From: a virus | Taxonomy: Duplodnaviria; Caudoviricetes | Strand: one strand, 5' to 3' | Virus record (IMG/VR): IMGVR_UViG_3300005662_000021 | Coordinates: 32,001 to 96,000 of that record | Length of the DNA: 64,000 nt | Shown: in pieces, positions 24,383 to 33,453 of the stretch | How positions within the stretch are numbered: the first letter of the stretch is position 1 | Layout of the letters: the number at the start of each line of letters is the position of its first letter | The notes under the pieces: generated by a model | The model's database searches: none | Seen by the model: only the letters and a program-made list of their open reading frames with translations | What the model was told of the DNA's origin: nothing | Program-made: the position numbers and the translations under genes

Positions 24383-25034
24383 AAATGATATTAACAGAAC
24401 AACAAGAAAAATTTTTTGAGTTTGTCAAAGAACAACATGGCACTCAAGTGAGAAAATATACGGGTGAACCTTATTGGACTCATCCATTGGCTGTCGCAGA
24501 ATTAGTAAATAAATATAAATCAGATTCTTTTAGTAATGGTGAAGTATTTGCTATAGAAATATCGTTAGGTCATGATTTATTGGAAGATACTCCTTGTACT
24601 GTTGAAACTTTAAGAAAAAAATTAAGTGAGATTGGTTATCCCTATTTAAGTACTGAGATGATTGTTTCAGGTATTGGTCATTTAACCGACACCTATACTA
24701 AAGAAGCATATCCTAAACTCAATAGAGCCAAAAGAAAAGCTATGGAAGTTGAAAGGCTTGGTAGAATCCCTGCTTATTGTCAAACAATTAAATATGCTGA
24801 CTTGATTGAGAACATTTCATCTATTGTTGAGTATGATAAATCTTTCGCTGTTACTTATCTTCAAGAGAAAAAAGAGTTACTTAAGAATATGAGGGGTGGA
24901 AATTTTAATCTTTACTTGAAAGCAATAGAAGTTTATTTGGAAGCTTTAAAAACTCTTGAGGGGTAAAAGGATTTTGATAAAATTCCTTATTGCCCAAAGT
25001 AAAACCTTTCACCATCCAACATAAATAAAAATGA
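24350..25034 (+). repeat. 39-bp direct repeat (24350-24388 and 24996-25034) flanking HD gene
   Basis: aaagtagaacctttcaccattcaacataaataaaaatga vs aaagtaaaacctttcaccatccaacataaataaaaatga, 37/39 identical. Confidence 0.9.
24385..24966 (+). CDS. HD-domain hydrolase (RelA/SpoT-type small alarmone hydrolase-like)
   Basis: RKYTGEPYWTHP, GHDLLEDT, IKYADLIEN. Confidence 0.8.
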   Translation: MILTEQQEKFFEFVKEQHGTQVRKYTGEPYWTHPLAVAELVNKYKSDSFSNGEVFAIEISLGHDLLEDTPCTVETLRKKLSEIGYPYLSTEMIVSGIGHLTDTYTKEAYPKLNRAKRKAMEVERLGRIPAYCQTIKYADLIENISSIVEYDKSFAVTYLQEKKELLKNMRGGNFNLYLKAIEVYLEALKTLEG

Positions 25035-25105
25035 ATATTTTCTAATAAACATATAGTTAATTTGAGAATAGAAACCATTTTTCTTATATTTATATATAAA
25101 GATAT

Positions 25106-26074
25106 ATGGAAAATTGTAAAATTTGTTTCAAAGAATTTAAAAACTTAAAGGCACTTTCATCACATTTTAATTCTAAACATAAATTGAGTTCTAATGAATA
25201 TTATGATGTTTTTCTGTTAAAAGAGGGTGAAGGTAAATGTAAAATTTGTGGAAACCCAACTTCATTTAGAAATCTAAATAAAGGTTATTTAGATAATTGT
25301 TCAATTGAATGTAGAGATAAAAATGAATCATTTAATAAAGGTTATTGGAAAGGTAAGAAACAAACTGAGGATACAATTAAAAAAAGAATCAAAAATACTA
25401 ACCAAGTTTTAAAAGAACAAAAAAGAAAAGAAACAACATTAAAAAAATTTAATGTAGATAACCCCTCAAAAAACTCAGAGATTTCTAATAAAATTAGTTT
25501 AGCTTTAAAAGGAAGGAAGATTAAAAGAACAAATGAATGGCAAAAAAATATAATAACTGCTAAGAAAAAAAATGGCACAATCAAACATTCACAAGAAACC
25601 AAAGAAAAGATTACAAATTCTTTAAACATTTTTCACCAAAAAAATATTGATAGGGAAAAGTATATTACTAATTCATCAAACACCAAACATTTGACTGGTT
25701 GGTATAAAAAATTACATTTTAGAAGTTCTTTAGAACTTTCTTTTTTAATTAATAATCAAAATGTTAATTTTGAGAGTTGTGAGAATAAGTTATATGGTAT
25801 TGTTTATATAATAGATGGTAAATCAAAAATATACTATCCAGATTTTACTGATGGTCAATTTATATATGAAATTAAACCTTATAGTTTGTTAAACTATAAA
25901 AATAACAATCTAAAAATTAAGTTAGGGTATGAAAAATATAGTAATAATTTTAAATTGATAACTGAAAAAGAATCTCCATATGTATCAAAAAAAATAATAG
26001 AGGAATTAATTAAACTAGGGGTTATTATTTTAAGTAAATCAAGTGAAAATAAATTTAAAAAATACAAATATTAG
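25106..26074 (+). CDS. putative homing endonuclease (zinc-finger, NUMOD-type repeats, PD-(D/E)xK C-terminus)
   Basis: CKIC..H..H; KHSQETKEKI; FRSSLE..YYPDF..YEIKP. Confidence 0.75.
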   Translation: MENCKICFKEFKNLKALSSHFNSKHKLSSNEYYDVFLLKEGEGKCKICGNPTSFRNLNKGYLDNCSIECRDKNESFNKGYWKGKKQTEDTIKKRIKNTNQVLKEQKRKETTLKKFNVDNPSKNSEISNKISLALKGRKIKRTNEWQKNIITAKKKNGTIKHSQETKEKITNSLNIFHQKNIDREKYITNSSNTKHLTGWYKKLHFRSSLELSFLINNQNVNFESCENKLYGIVYIIDGKSKIYYPDFTDGQFIYEIKPYSLLNYKNNNLKIKLGYEKYSNNFKLITEKESPYVSKKIIEELIKLGVIILSKSSENKFKKYKY

Positions 26075-26095
26075 TTAACCAATTAAAGTTATTTT

Positions 26096-26587
26096 ATGAA
26101 CATTTTTTTCTTGGACTACGATGTTGTTAAATGTGCAAAGTATCATTGTGATAAACATTGTATCAAACAATTATTGGAATCAGCACAATTATTATGTGGT
26201 GCCCACCACGTAACAAATTCCAAATTGGATATCCCTTATAAATTATCCCACAAAAATCACCCTTGTTCAATATGGGTTAGAGAATCATTATCTAACTATT
26301 TATACCTATGTGAACTTGGATTGGAATTGTGTAAGGAGTATACTTATAGATATGGAAAACGTCATAAGTCCCAGGATGTTATTGAGTGGTGTGTAACAAA
26401 TTTTGTCAATATTTGTGACAAAGGTTTCACTGAACCACCCAAAGCAATGCCTGATGAATATAAGGTTAAAGACGTTATTCAATCTTATAGGAACTATTAC
26501 ATTGGGGCAAAAAAAGATTTTGTTTCTTGGAAGAATCGTGATGTTCCCTATTGGTTTTGTGAAGAAAATCACTTAGAATTAGCATAA
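26096..26587 (+). CDS. pyrimidine-dimer DNA glycosylase/endonuclease V-like protein
   Basis: MNIFFLD..CDKH..KQLLESAQLL..HKNHPCSIW..PKAMPDEYK..YRNYY. Confidence 0.7.
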   Translation: MNIFFLDYDVVKCAKYHCDKHCIKQLLESAQLLCGAHHVTNSKLDIPYKLSHKNHPCSIWVRESLSNYLYLCELGLELCKEYTYRYGKRHKSQDVIEWCVTNFVNICDKGFTEPPKAMPDEYKVKDVIQSYRNYYIGAKKDFVSWKNRDVPYWFCEENHLELA

Positions 26588-26683
26588 AAATAAAACTATG
26601 AATATATTCAATAAAATAATGACAGGATTTTGGTTTATACTATTTCTTCTATTTTTATTTACAATTAGAAAAAGGAGGAAGGC

Positions 26684-26923
26684 ATGAAAGAAAAATTAAC
26701 AAAGTTTCAAACAAAGGTTTGGCAAACAATTGAACCCATAATTAAAAAAGAATCTTATCAAGTTAATTTGACATTTGATGACGAATTTGTAATAACAAGA
26801 GATTCTAAATTTACAATTAAAATTTTTCCCAAAAAAGAAGTTTCAATAACAAAAGACAATACAATAATTTTTGAGGAAAAAGATATTACTGAATTTGTAA
26901 AATTTTTGGAAGAAATTAATTAA
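26684..26923 (+). CDS. hypothetical protein
   Basis: 79-aa ORF with aggagg upstream. Confidence 0.55.
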   Translation: MKEKLTKFQTKVWQTIEPIIKKESYQVNLTFDDEFVITRDSKFTIKIFPKKEVSITKDNTIIFEEKDITEFVKFLEEIN

Positions 26924-26941
26924 AAAAAGTCCCCATTTAAT

Positions 26942-26972
26942 TTTGATATTAGGTGGGGATTTCTTAATTTTG
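26942..26972 (+). promoter_or_regulatory. Bacteroidota-type promoter of RNA ligase operon
   Basis: TTTG-N19-TAATTTTG. Confidence 0.65.
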
Positions 26973-26997
26973 TGAAACAATTAAAACGAATAAAACA

Positions 26998-27486
26998 ATG
27001 GGAACAAACTACTACAGAATTCCAAGTGTGGAAGAAATGGAAAAAAGAAAACAAGAATTGATTGATACCATTAATTCTTTAGATATTCATCCATTTTCAA
27101 TTCAAAGAAACTTTAGAACAATTAAAAAACAAATTGATTCTATTGATTATTACTCAATTTGGGATTTGTTTGTTGAAGGTGCAAACATTCACTTAGGTAA
27201 ACGTAGTAGTGGATGGAAGTTTTTATGGAATTTCAATGACAAAAAATTTTATTCAAATAAAGAAGAATTATTGAACTTTATAAGAACAGGTAGGGTTGTA
27301 GATGAGTATGGTAATGAAATGGATGTTGAAGAGTTTATCACAATGGCACTAGTATGGGGACAACCTGATGGTTATGACCATAAAAAATATCGTAGAGAAC
27401 ATCCACGACAATACCACTACGATTTTGAACAACCTGAAGAATATATAGATGGATTAAGAGTTTCACCAAATACTGAATTTAGTTAA
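26998..27486 (+). CDS. hypothetical phage protein
   Basis: MGTNYY..IHLGKRSSGWKFLW. Confidence 0.65.
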   Translation: MGTNYYRIPSVEEMEKRKQELIDTINSLDIHPFSIQRNFRTIKKQIDSIDYYSIWDLFVEGANIHLGKRSSGWKFLWNFNDKKFYSNKEELLNFIRTGRVVDEYGNEMDVEEFITMALVWGQPDGYDHKKYRREHPRQYHYDFEQPEEYIDGLRVSPNTEFS

Positions 27487-27487
27487 T

Positions 27488-28498
27488 ATGGAAAGAAAAT
27501 TAGCGAGCATACAAATAGTAAAAGAAGTTAGACCAATAGTTGGGGCTGACGCTATAGAAGTTGTTAGAATAAACAATTGGGATGTTGTATCCAAAAAAGG
27601 AGAATACAAAGTTGGAGACTTTTGTATCTATTGTGAGATTGACTCCTTCTTACCCATTAAAGAAGAATTTGAATTCTTAAGAAAAACATCATACAAAAAA
27701 ATGTCTGATGGTAGTGAAGGATTTAGATTGAAAACAATAAGATTAAGAGGACAATTAAGTCAAGGTCTATTGTTACCAATAAGTGTTCTTCCAATTGATA
27801 TGGAACTAACTGAAGGAGAAGATGTTACTGAAATGTTGGGTATATTTAAATACGAACCCCCAATTCCAGCGGAACTTCAAGGTAAAGTTAAAGGTATGTT
27901 TCCATCTTTTATAAGAAAAACAGATGAAGAACGTATCCAAAACTTATCAAGTGAATACGAAAATATCAGATTGTCTGGTAAGGCATTTTATGTCACTGAG
28001 AAGTTGGATGGTTCAAGTGCTACATTCTACTACAAGGATGGTGTATTTGGGGTGTGTGCAAGAAATCTTGAGCTATTGGAGACTGAGGGTAATTCCTTTT
28101 GGAAAGTTGCAAGAGAATTGAATTTGGAGGAATCTTTATCTAAATTGGGTTATAATGTATGTGTTCAAGGTGAAATCATCGGAGAAGGAATCCAAGGTAA
28201 CCCATACAAGATAAAAGGTCAAACTGTTAAATTCTTCAACGCATTTAATATTGATGAACAAAAAAATATCCAATTTACTAAATTCCTAATGTTAATGGAA
28301 GATTTGGGTTTAAAAACAGTTCCAATATTGGATTACGAATTTGTACTTCCAAAATCAATTGATGAATTATTGTTATTTGCTGAAGATAAATCTCAACTTA
28401 ATGGGAACTTTGATAGGGAGGGTGTTGTTATAAGAGCATATGATAGAACAATATCATTCAAAGTTATATCAAACAAATTTTTGTTAAACGAAAAATAA
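27488..28498 (+). CDS. ATP-dependent RNA ligase (Rnl2/DRB0094-like)
   Basis: RKLASI..GADAIE OB-like N-terminus; TEKLDGSS (motif I), QGEIIG, REGVV, FKVISNKFL. Confidence 0.9.
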   Translation: MERKLASIQIVKEVRPIVGADAIEVVRINNWDVVSKKGEYKVGDFCIYCEIDSFLPIKEEFEFLRKTSYKKMSDGSEGFRLKTIRLRGQLSQGLLLPISVLPIDMELTEGEDVTEMLGIFKYEPPIPAELQGKVKGMFPSFIRKTDEERIQNLSSEYENIRLSGKAFYVTEKLDGSSATFYYKDGVFGVCARNLELLETEGNSFWKVARELNLEESLSKLGYNVCVQGEIIGEGIQGNPYKIKGQTVKFFNAFNIDEQKNIQFTKFLMLMEDLGLKTVPILDYEFVLPKSIDELLLFAEDKSQLNGNFDREGVVIRAYDRTISFKVISNKFLLNEK

Positions 28499-28506
28499 AT
28501 AAAACT

Positions 28507-28785
28507 ATGGCTAAGAGACTTTCATATCAAGAAAAAAAAGAAAAAATGCTTGTTGACATCTTGAATAAGATGTTTGAAATTGCTGGCCACGATGTTACTT
28601 TTGAGGATATAAAAGACCGTAAAGATGCGTGGTATAATGATTGGACAATGACTGAAGAACAATACGAAGAATGGAAAAAATGGGGGGCAAACCAAATCAA
28701 AAAAGTAATGAAGTATACTGATACTTATGCCGACAGACAAATGTCAATGATTGGTGCAAATTGGGGTCTTAAATTTAATAAATAA
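28507..28785 (+). CDS. hypothetical protein
   Basis: 92-aa ORF. Confidence 0.6.
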   Translation: MAKRLSYQEKKEKMLVDILNKMFEIAGHDVTFEDIKDRKDAWYNDWTMTEEQYEEWKKWGANQIKKVMKYTDTYADRQMSMIGANWGLKFNK

Positions 28786-28811
28786 GATATTTATAGTAAA
28801 GAAACTATTTA

Positions 28812-29225
28812 ATGGAACGAGATATAATAACCTATCAAAGTATTTTTTTGGATGATGTTATTATTACCGTGTTATTTAAAGAAAATGAAAACTATGAGTT
28901 ATTTACCAATTTTTTCGACCAATATGGTTTTGGATTTTATTATCCTAAAACAAAAACCATAATCATTGATGGTGAAATTTTTGTAAATACTGATTTAGAT
29001 TTTGATGATTTAAGATTTGTTGAAGCACACGAAATTGCTCATCTTATGTTAGGTCATATAGGTGGTGAGAGATATGATGAAGATGAAATTGATGCCGACC
29101 TCGCAGCTTATAAACTTCTTACAAATAAAGGATTATCAACTAAAAGGTTAACTGATTCTTTTGAAGATAGACACGGAATTAAATTCTCAAAGAAATTATT
29201 GAAAAGGTTAGAAGGAAGATTATAA
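28812..29225 (+). CDS. HExxH zincin-like protein (ImmA/IrrE-like)
   Basis: FVEAHEIAHLMLGH..EIDADLAA. Confidence 0.65.
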   Translation: MERDIITYQSIFLDDVIITVLFKENENYELFTNFFDQYGFGFYYPKTKTIIIDGEIFVNTDLDFDDLRFVEAHEIAHLMLGHIGGERYDEDEIDADLAAYKLLTNKGLSTKRLTDSFEDRHGIKFSKKLLKRLEGRL

Positions 29226-29322
29226 CAAAGTACAACTCAGGTTGTACTTTTTTTGTTTGAGTCATATTTATCTGATATAATAAAATTATATTCAGACTTT
29301 TTGTTTTAAACTCTATCAAAAT

Positions 29323-30132
29323 ATGTTAACTATAAATAATTATCCCGATAAAAATGTTCTTCTTGGAGAAGTTCCTGGTAATATTGATGTTAATTTTGAT
29401 AAAGCTCTTGAATCATTAATTAATTATTGGATTTCAAATAAACAATATAGTATTTCAATTAATAAAGTCCCAAATAATCCTAATGCTGTAACATTTGTAA
29501 CAAATACTTGGACAAAAAAGGAAGATGGTAGTTGGCAGGCGGGTGACAATCAAGATTCAACATTTAAACAATGGGTTGAGGGTTCATATAATAAAAATGA
29601 ACAAGTAAGTAAAAATGGAACATTTTCAGTTGATTTAACAAAAAAACAAATAATATTTACTCCCCCTACAACAACTACAACTGAAATAAATTGGAATAAT
29701 TATCCTTGTGTAACTAGTAACCAAACTAAAAAAGAAATAAAAGCGAATGATGGTAGTATAAGTTATGAAATCAGTGGGTTTACATATTTTGGTAATGGTA
29801 CTAAAAAAGATAAAAGTGGTGTCACATCTAAATATGAATGTACCGATAACAAAACAATATCTACAGGAACAACAAATTCTTTTAGTATTGGTTCTTCATC
29901 GTCTTCATCTTCTTCTTCATCAACTGGTTCAAACACAAGTGGTACACATCAAGAAGGTTTATCATATTGGGAAGGAGAACTTGAAAAAAAGGGTCCAGTA
30001 ACTATAAAAACAGCGGTAAATCAAATTGGTAATTTAAATAAAGATGATAAAACAAAAGTTACTGAAAATACAATTACACATAAAATACTTAATGAACAAA
30101 TTTTAAGAATAAAAAAACTAATGAATTTATGA
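29323..30132 (+). CDS. hypothetical protein with NYPCV domain
   Basis: Shares W.NYPCVTSN..DG..Y.I.G..Y.G.G with 55442..56464; C-terminal LNEQILRIKKLM. Confidence 0.6.
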   Translation: MLTINNYPDKNVLLGEVPGNIDVNFDKALESLINYWISNKQYSISINKVPNNPNAVTFVTNTWTKKEDGSWQAGDNQDSTFKQWVEGSYNKNEQVSKNGTFSVDLTKKQIIFTPPTTTTTEINWNNYPCVTSNQTKKEIKANDGSISYEISGFTYFGNGTKKDKSGVTSKYECTDNKTISTGTTNSFSIGSSSSSSSSSSTGSNTSGTHQEGLSYWEGELEKKGPVTIKTAVNQIGNLNKDDKTKVTENTITHKILNEQILRIKKLMNL

Positions 30133-30800
30133 CATTTATTAAACCAATTAAATATGGTCATTTGACAAATGAAACGTCAAAAAAACATATATACACCCCC
30201 GATAATGTTGATTCCGTTTTAGCACCATATGAAGGGGTTATTACAGATGTTAATTATTCAAAATGCGATGGGTTGATTCAAATTTCACATTTATTAAATG
30301 GTAAAGTATTTTATTCTGAAATATGTGGAGTGAATAAAAATATTTATGTTGGAAGTGGCATGAGTGTAAAGAAAGGAGATATAATAGGACAATGTGGGGG
30401 TAAAGATATTAAATTTGTTATTAAAGATTCAAATAAGAATGAAATTGACTTACAACCTTTTTTTGTTGGTAAATTTGAACCTGATAAAAAGGATTTAGAT
30501 AAAAAAGATTCGGATAAAGAAAAAAAAGAAAAAGGTTTAGGTAAACCATCGTCAGATAATGAAAAAAACAAAGAAAATAAAAAATACCAAAAAAATAAAG
30601 AAGACGATGAGGATGAAAACAAACCTTGGGATTTTACAAATTATGAACCAGGTATGACGTTACCAAATTTGTTTACAGCCGCAGCATTAACCCCATTTGA
30701 TTTTATTGAAAAAGCTTTGAAACCAAAAAGAAAGGAAAAAAAAGAAGAAATTGAAAATTTACAAGAAGAACTAAAAAGAATAAAAAAACTATTAAAATAA
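30129..30800 (+). CDS. M23/LytM-like domain protein (probably degenerate)
   Basis: VLAPYEGVI..IQISH..VKKGDIIG; lacks clear HxH. Confidence 0.5.
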   Translation: MTFIKPIKYGHLTNETSKKHIYTPDNVDSVLAPYEGVITDVNYSKCDGLIQISHLLNGKVFYSEICGVNKNIYVGSGMSVKKGDIIGQCGGKDIKFVIKDSNKNEIDLQPFFVGKFEPDKKDLDKKDSDKEKKEKGLGKPSSDNEKNKENKKYQKNKEDDEDENKPWDFTNYEPGMTLPNLFTAAALTPFDFIEKALKPKRKEKKEEIENLQEELKRIKKLLK

Positions 30801-30852
30801 AAAATCCCCATCTTAAAAAGTGGGGATTTTTACTTTTAGTTAGAAATTAAAA

Positions 30853-31017
30853 CTATTTCTCAACTTTAGCTGTGTCAACAGAAGGAGTTGTAACTGTAGT
30901 AGCTTCAACTTTAGTTGAATCTTCAGTTGTTTTAGTTTCTTCAGTTTTTGCAGTTGTTCCACAAGATGTGAAAACTAAGCTCAAAGTTACAATTGCTCCA
31001 AAAAGTACGTTTTTCAT
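30853..31017 (-). CDS. small lipoprotein (54 aa, not in ORF track)
   Basis: MKNVLFGAIVTLSLVFTSC + Thr/Glu/Lys-rich tail. Confidence 0.7.
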   Translation of the reverse strand: MKNVLFGAIVTLSLVFTSCGTTAKTEETKTTEDSTKVEATTVTTPSVDTAKVEK

Positions 31018-31151
31018 TTTTTTAAGTTTTTTTTAAGATTTAATTTTGTTTTAGTTATTGAACACTTAATAAATACACAATATGTTTTAATAAGTCAAAT
31101 GTATTTAAAAAATTTTATTAAAAATTATACTTATAAAAAAAACTAAATAAT

Positions 31152-31508
31152 ATGAACTGGAAACACACATTAATTATTGTGGTGTCTATTTTACTGATTG
31201 GAATGTTTTTGGGTTATTTGATAAGTTATAACGCAAAAGAGACAAGAAGTCTCCAACAACAAATTATAGATGCTGAAAGAAAAGCAATTGATTCCTTACA
31301 CAAGGAATTGGTAACAATGAAATCTGAGAGAGAAAAAATGGAATCTCAACTTGAATCACTAACTATGGGTATTAGTATTAGTGAATCAAACTTATCAACA
31401 AAAATAAACCAACTAAAAATTCAGAACAATGTTAAGATTGATGCTATTACTAGCAGTACTAATGACCAACTCCTTGATGGTTTACGCGCAAGATACAATA
31501 AAAAATAA
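31152..31508 (+). CDS. N-anchored coiled-coil membrane protein (possible spanin-like)
   Basis: N-terminal TM then coiled coil; overlaps next ORF. Confidence 0.45.
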   Translation: MNWKHTLIIVVSILLIGMFLGYLISYNAKETRSLQQQIIDAERKAIDSLHKELVTMKSEREKMESQLESLTMGISISESNLSTKINQLKIQNNVKIDAITSSTNDQLLDGLRARYNKK

Positions 31509-31923
31509 TAAAGATTCTATTGAACCCAAAATCGATTTAATGGTCATCAACGGTGACACATTGTTTACAATGAATAGAAAGTTTGCTGAAAGAATTGCAA
31601 TCGAACACGATTCATTAGAAATAATGGTAGACAAATTTAAAGAATGTAATGATGTGCTTTCAGCTAGTTTGGAACTTAAAGACCAATATAAAGTAGCTTT
31701 GGATAAATCAGAACAAGTTTCTGATATGTTAAGAAAGGAAGGTGATAAAAAAGATAAAATCATCAAGGGATATCAAACAATAGATGAGTCACAACAAAAG
31801 ATTATTGGCGAATTACATAATGAATTCAAAAAAGCAAGAAATAGGAATAAATGGTTAACTGGATTAACCATAGGAGGTGTTTCAGTGGGGTTTACTTCAA
31901 TTATCCTTTTACTACTAAAATAA
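31429..31923 (+). CDS. exported coiled-coil protein with C-terminal TM
   Basis: Signal-like N-terminus, coiled coil, hydrophobic C-terminus. Confidence 0.45.
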   Translation: MLRLMLLLAVLMTNSLMVYAQDTIKNNKDSIEPKIDLMVINGDTLFTMNRKFAERIAIEHDSLEIMVDKFKECNDVLSASLELKDQYKVALDKSEQVSDMLRKEGDKKDKIIKGYQTIDESQQKIIGELHNEFKKARNRNKWLTGLTIGGVSVGFTSIILLLLK

Positions 31924-31976
31924 GTTTATTATATTTTTTAGGTCTTCGGACATAAAAAATTAAATAATTTATTATT

Positions 31977-32351
31977 ATGGGAATTACTTATTTTGCTTTA
32001 GGTATGCTCTCGATGTTGGCTCTATTATTTGTTGGAGTTATTGTTTGGGGTTTGGTTAAGGTACTAAGAATTGAAAGGCAGATTGTTGCCATAAAAGAAA
32101 ACCAAAAATTTGATATTGATAACGTTCAACGTCAATTTGAGAATGTTTATAGGTCTATAAGTGACCATAGGGATGATTTTTCAAGGGGAGTTCACGAACT
32201 TACTAGAAGTACTAATCAACAATTTGATAAAATGGAACAATATGAAATTAAACGTTTTGATGAATTGTTAACAATAATTCATAATAAATTTGATGACTCA
32301 ATACGTTATACTGATAAAAGAGTTGACAAATCATATACTAAGCTTCAATAA
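31977..32351 (+). CDS. membrane-anchored coiled-coil protein
   Basis: N-terminal TM. Confidence 0.55.
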   Translation: MGITYFALGMLSMLALLFVGVIVWGLVKVLRIERQIVAIKENQKFDIDNVQRQFENVYRSISDHRDDFSRGVHELTRSTNQQFDKMEQYEIKRFDELLTIIHNKFDDSIRYTDKRVDKSYTKLQ

Positions 32352-32428
32352 AAAAAACCCCTTCTTAACGGAGGGGTTTTTTTATTACCTCCACGATTTT
32401 TTACGACCTCCACGATATTTATAATAAA

Positions 32429-32992
32429 ATGAATATTATGAAAAAAAGAGACAAAAGAAGAATGGGAAGTTGTACTTGTAGTAATTGTGGGGTTGAGTTT
32501 GAAAAACCTTTAAGTGAGTTAAACCGTAATGAAAAATTGGGTAGAAAGAATTTCTGTTCAAGGAGTTGTATAGGTCATTATAACACAGAAAGATTGTTAA
32601 ATGTAAAAAATCGTTATGATATAAGTAAACATTCTGGTAATGTTAGAGATAAATTCACAGGATTGAGAGATTTCTTAAAAAGAGTGAGAAACAGATTTAA
32701 GGAACACAATTTAGATTTGGATTATTTGAAAGAGTTGTGGGATAGTCAAAATGTTTGTGTTTATACTGGAGTTAAATTACAATTACCTAAAAATAAAGGT
32801 GTCAATAATCAAATATATACTGCATCATTAGATAGAATTGATTCTAGTATCGGTTACATAAAAGGAAATGTTCAATTTATATCAATTGCCGCAAATCACG
32901 CAAAAAGTAATTTAAGTCACGATGAAATGATTCTATTTTGTAATCTAATATATGAAAATAGAAAAATCCTTACCTATGGAGGTAAGGATTAA
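32429..32992 (+). CDS. HNH-like homing endonuclease
   Basis: CSNCG..FCSRSC; ASLDRIDSSIGYIKGNVQF..AANHAKS; abuts tmRNA 3' end. Confidence 0.8.
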   Translation: MNIMKKRDKRRMGSCTCSNCGVEFEKPLSELNRNEKLGRKNFCSRSCIGHYNTERLLNVKNRYDISKHSGNVRDKFTGLRDFLKRVRNRFKEHNLDLDYLKELWDSQNVCVYTGVKLQLPKNKGVNNQIYTASLDRIDSSIGYIKGNVQFISIAANHAKSNLSHDEMILFCNLIYENRKILTYGGKD

Positions 32993-32996
32993 TTTG

Positions 32997-33374
32997 TGGA
33001 GGTATAGGGAGTCGAACCCTTTCCTGTCCATCTTAACTATTAAGGACTACATGTTTAGGACAACATTATTCGCAGTGTTCCGAGCTATTTGATTTTTATA
33101 CACCCAAAATCAACAAAATCGGTCAATTCATTTTTAGGGATGAGAATTGATTAGACAACCCTATAGTGCTTCTGTTCCTGAGTTAACGCACCCCGACTCG
33201 AAAGTAATGACCTATTGACTAGGCTACTACTGCTTCTTCAGCACGGATTAAACCTACTGCAGAAAGTTTGTTGATAACGTTGCCGTGTATCGTTTCAAAC
33301 CAGTTTAACAGACTTAGTTTAGGTCTGACATGCCCCGAATAACTAACAACGTCAGTCAATTCCAGATTACCCCC
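32997..33374 (-). ncRNA. ssrA: tmRNA
   Basis: 5' GGGGGTAATCTGGAATTGAC, 3' GGGTTCGACTCCC-TATACCTCC-A with G3:U pair; internal tag ORF 33284..33219 GNVINKLSAVGLIRAEEAVVA*. Confidence 0.9.
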
Positions 33375-33453
33375 TTTTGTAAAGTAATACAATAATAAAT
33401 ATAATGATTGAATAAACCAAGTTTTAAAAGTATTTATTAAGAAAAATTATTTA

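Noticed and set aside
31152-31923. Firm call as Rz/Rz1 spanins
   Set aside because: Second protein lacks a lipobox Cys and no endolysin or holin is adjacent; kept only as a weak possibility
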